From: an uncultured delta proteobacterium
GTDB lineage: Bacteria > Myxococcota_A > Polyangia > Fen-1088
Direction: 5' to 3'
Length of the DNA: 64,000 nucleotides
Assembly: GCA_963737265.1 (NCBI GenBank)
Contig: CAVTRY010000018.1
Span: 192,001-256,000 of the forward strand
Under the pieces are notes generated by a model. That model saw nothing but the letters and a program-made list of their open reading frames with translations. It was not told where the DNA came from and made no database searches. A program made the translations under genes and the position numbers. Position 1 is the stretch's first letter, and every line of letters begins with the position of its first letter. This document shows positions 63,717 to 64,000 of this stretch, piece by piece.

Positions 63717-64000
63717 CTACTTCGCTACCATCTCGGGGGAGCTGTTGCGGGCAGCGTCGCCCACGATGCGACGAACTGCTCCGACGAGAAGATCGGCCTG
63801 GAAGGGTTTGACGATCCATCCACGGGCGCCCGCGCGCTTCGCCCGTGCGATGAGATCTGGGGTGCCATCGGTCGTCAACATAACCACGGGTACCGAGGGA
63901 GCGCGATGTTCGCCCTTGAACTTTTCGAGAAACTCGATGCCGTCCATGCGCGGCATGTTCACATCGCAGAGGATCATCGAGATTTCTGCGTGTGCGCCTA
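63717..64000 (-). CDS. CheY-like response regulator, 5' end outside window
   Basis: CDVNMPRMDG, VMLTT, GWIVKPF. Confidence 0.88.
   Translation of the reverse strand, partial: GAHAEISMILCDVNMPRMDGIEFLEKFKGEHRAPSVPVVMLTTDGTPDLIARAKRAGARGWIVKPFQADLLVGAVRRIVGDAARNSSPEMVAK

Overview
GC-rich bacterial chromosome segment, most likely Myxococcota (AUC-started infC with a C-terminal extension, mevalonate operon, Hanks kinase, Cys-rich lipoproteins, ECF/FecR pair). Three housekeeping blocks: recO-glyQS-ppdK; tRNA-Val-thrS-infC-rpmI-rplT-pheST-ihfA-merR-tRNA-Pro-surE-nlpD-apt; rimP-nusA-ylxR-infB-DUF503-rbfA-truB. Also a TamB/Omp85 pair and comF. The accessory middle (30.5-55 kb) holds a complete IS3 element splitting an oxidoreductase gene, the mevalonate operon, a GH6 cellulase locus, a GH31/PA14 xylosidase, a mosaic of toxin-antitoxin fragments and a GxxExxY gene bracketed by inverted repeats. 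Best leads: (1) an ECF sigma/anti-sigma whose periplasmic domain resembles the divergent lipoprotein upstream of the GH6 gene, with back-to-back matching promoter-like motifs (candidate glycan-sensing switch); (2) a 106-aa 'mini-ArgS' with its own near-consensus promoter in front of the SPOR gene; (3) the inverted-repeat-bracketed GxxExxY gene; (4) four frameshifts that all fall in the same octamer GCTCGAAC, probably a systematic (possibly methylation-linked) base-calling error. All homology calls are by-eye motif recognition; no searches were run.
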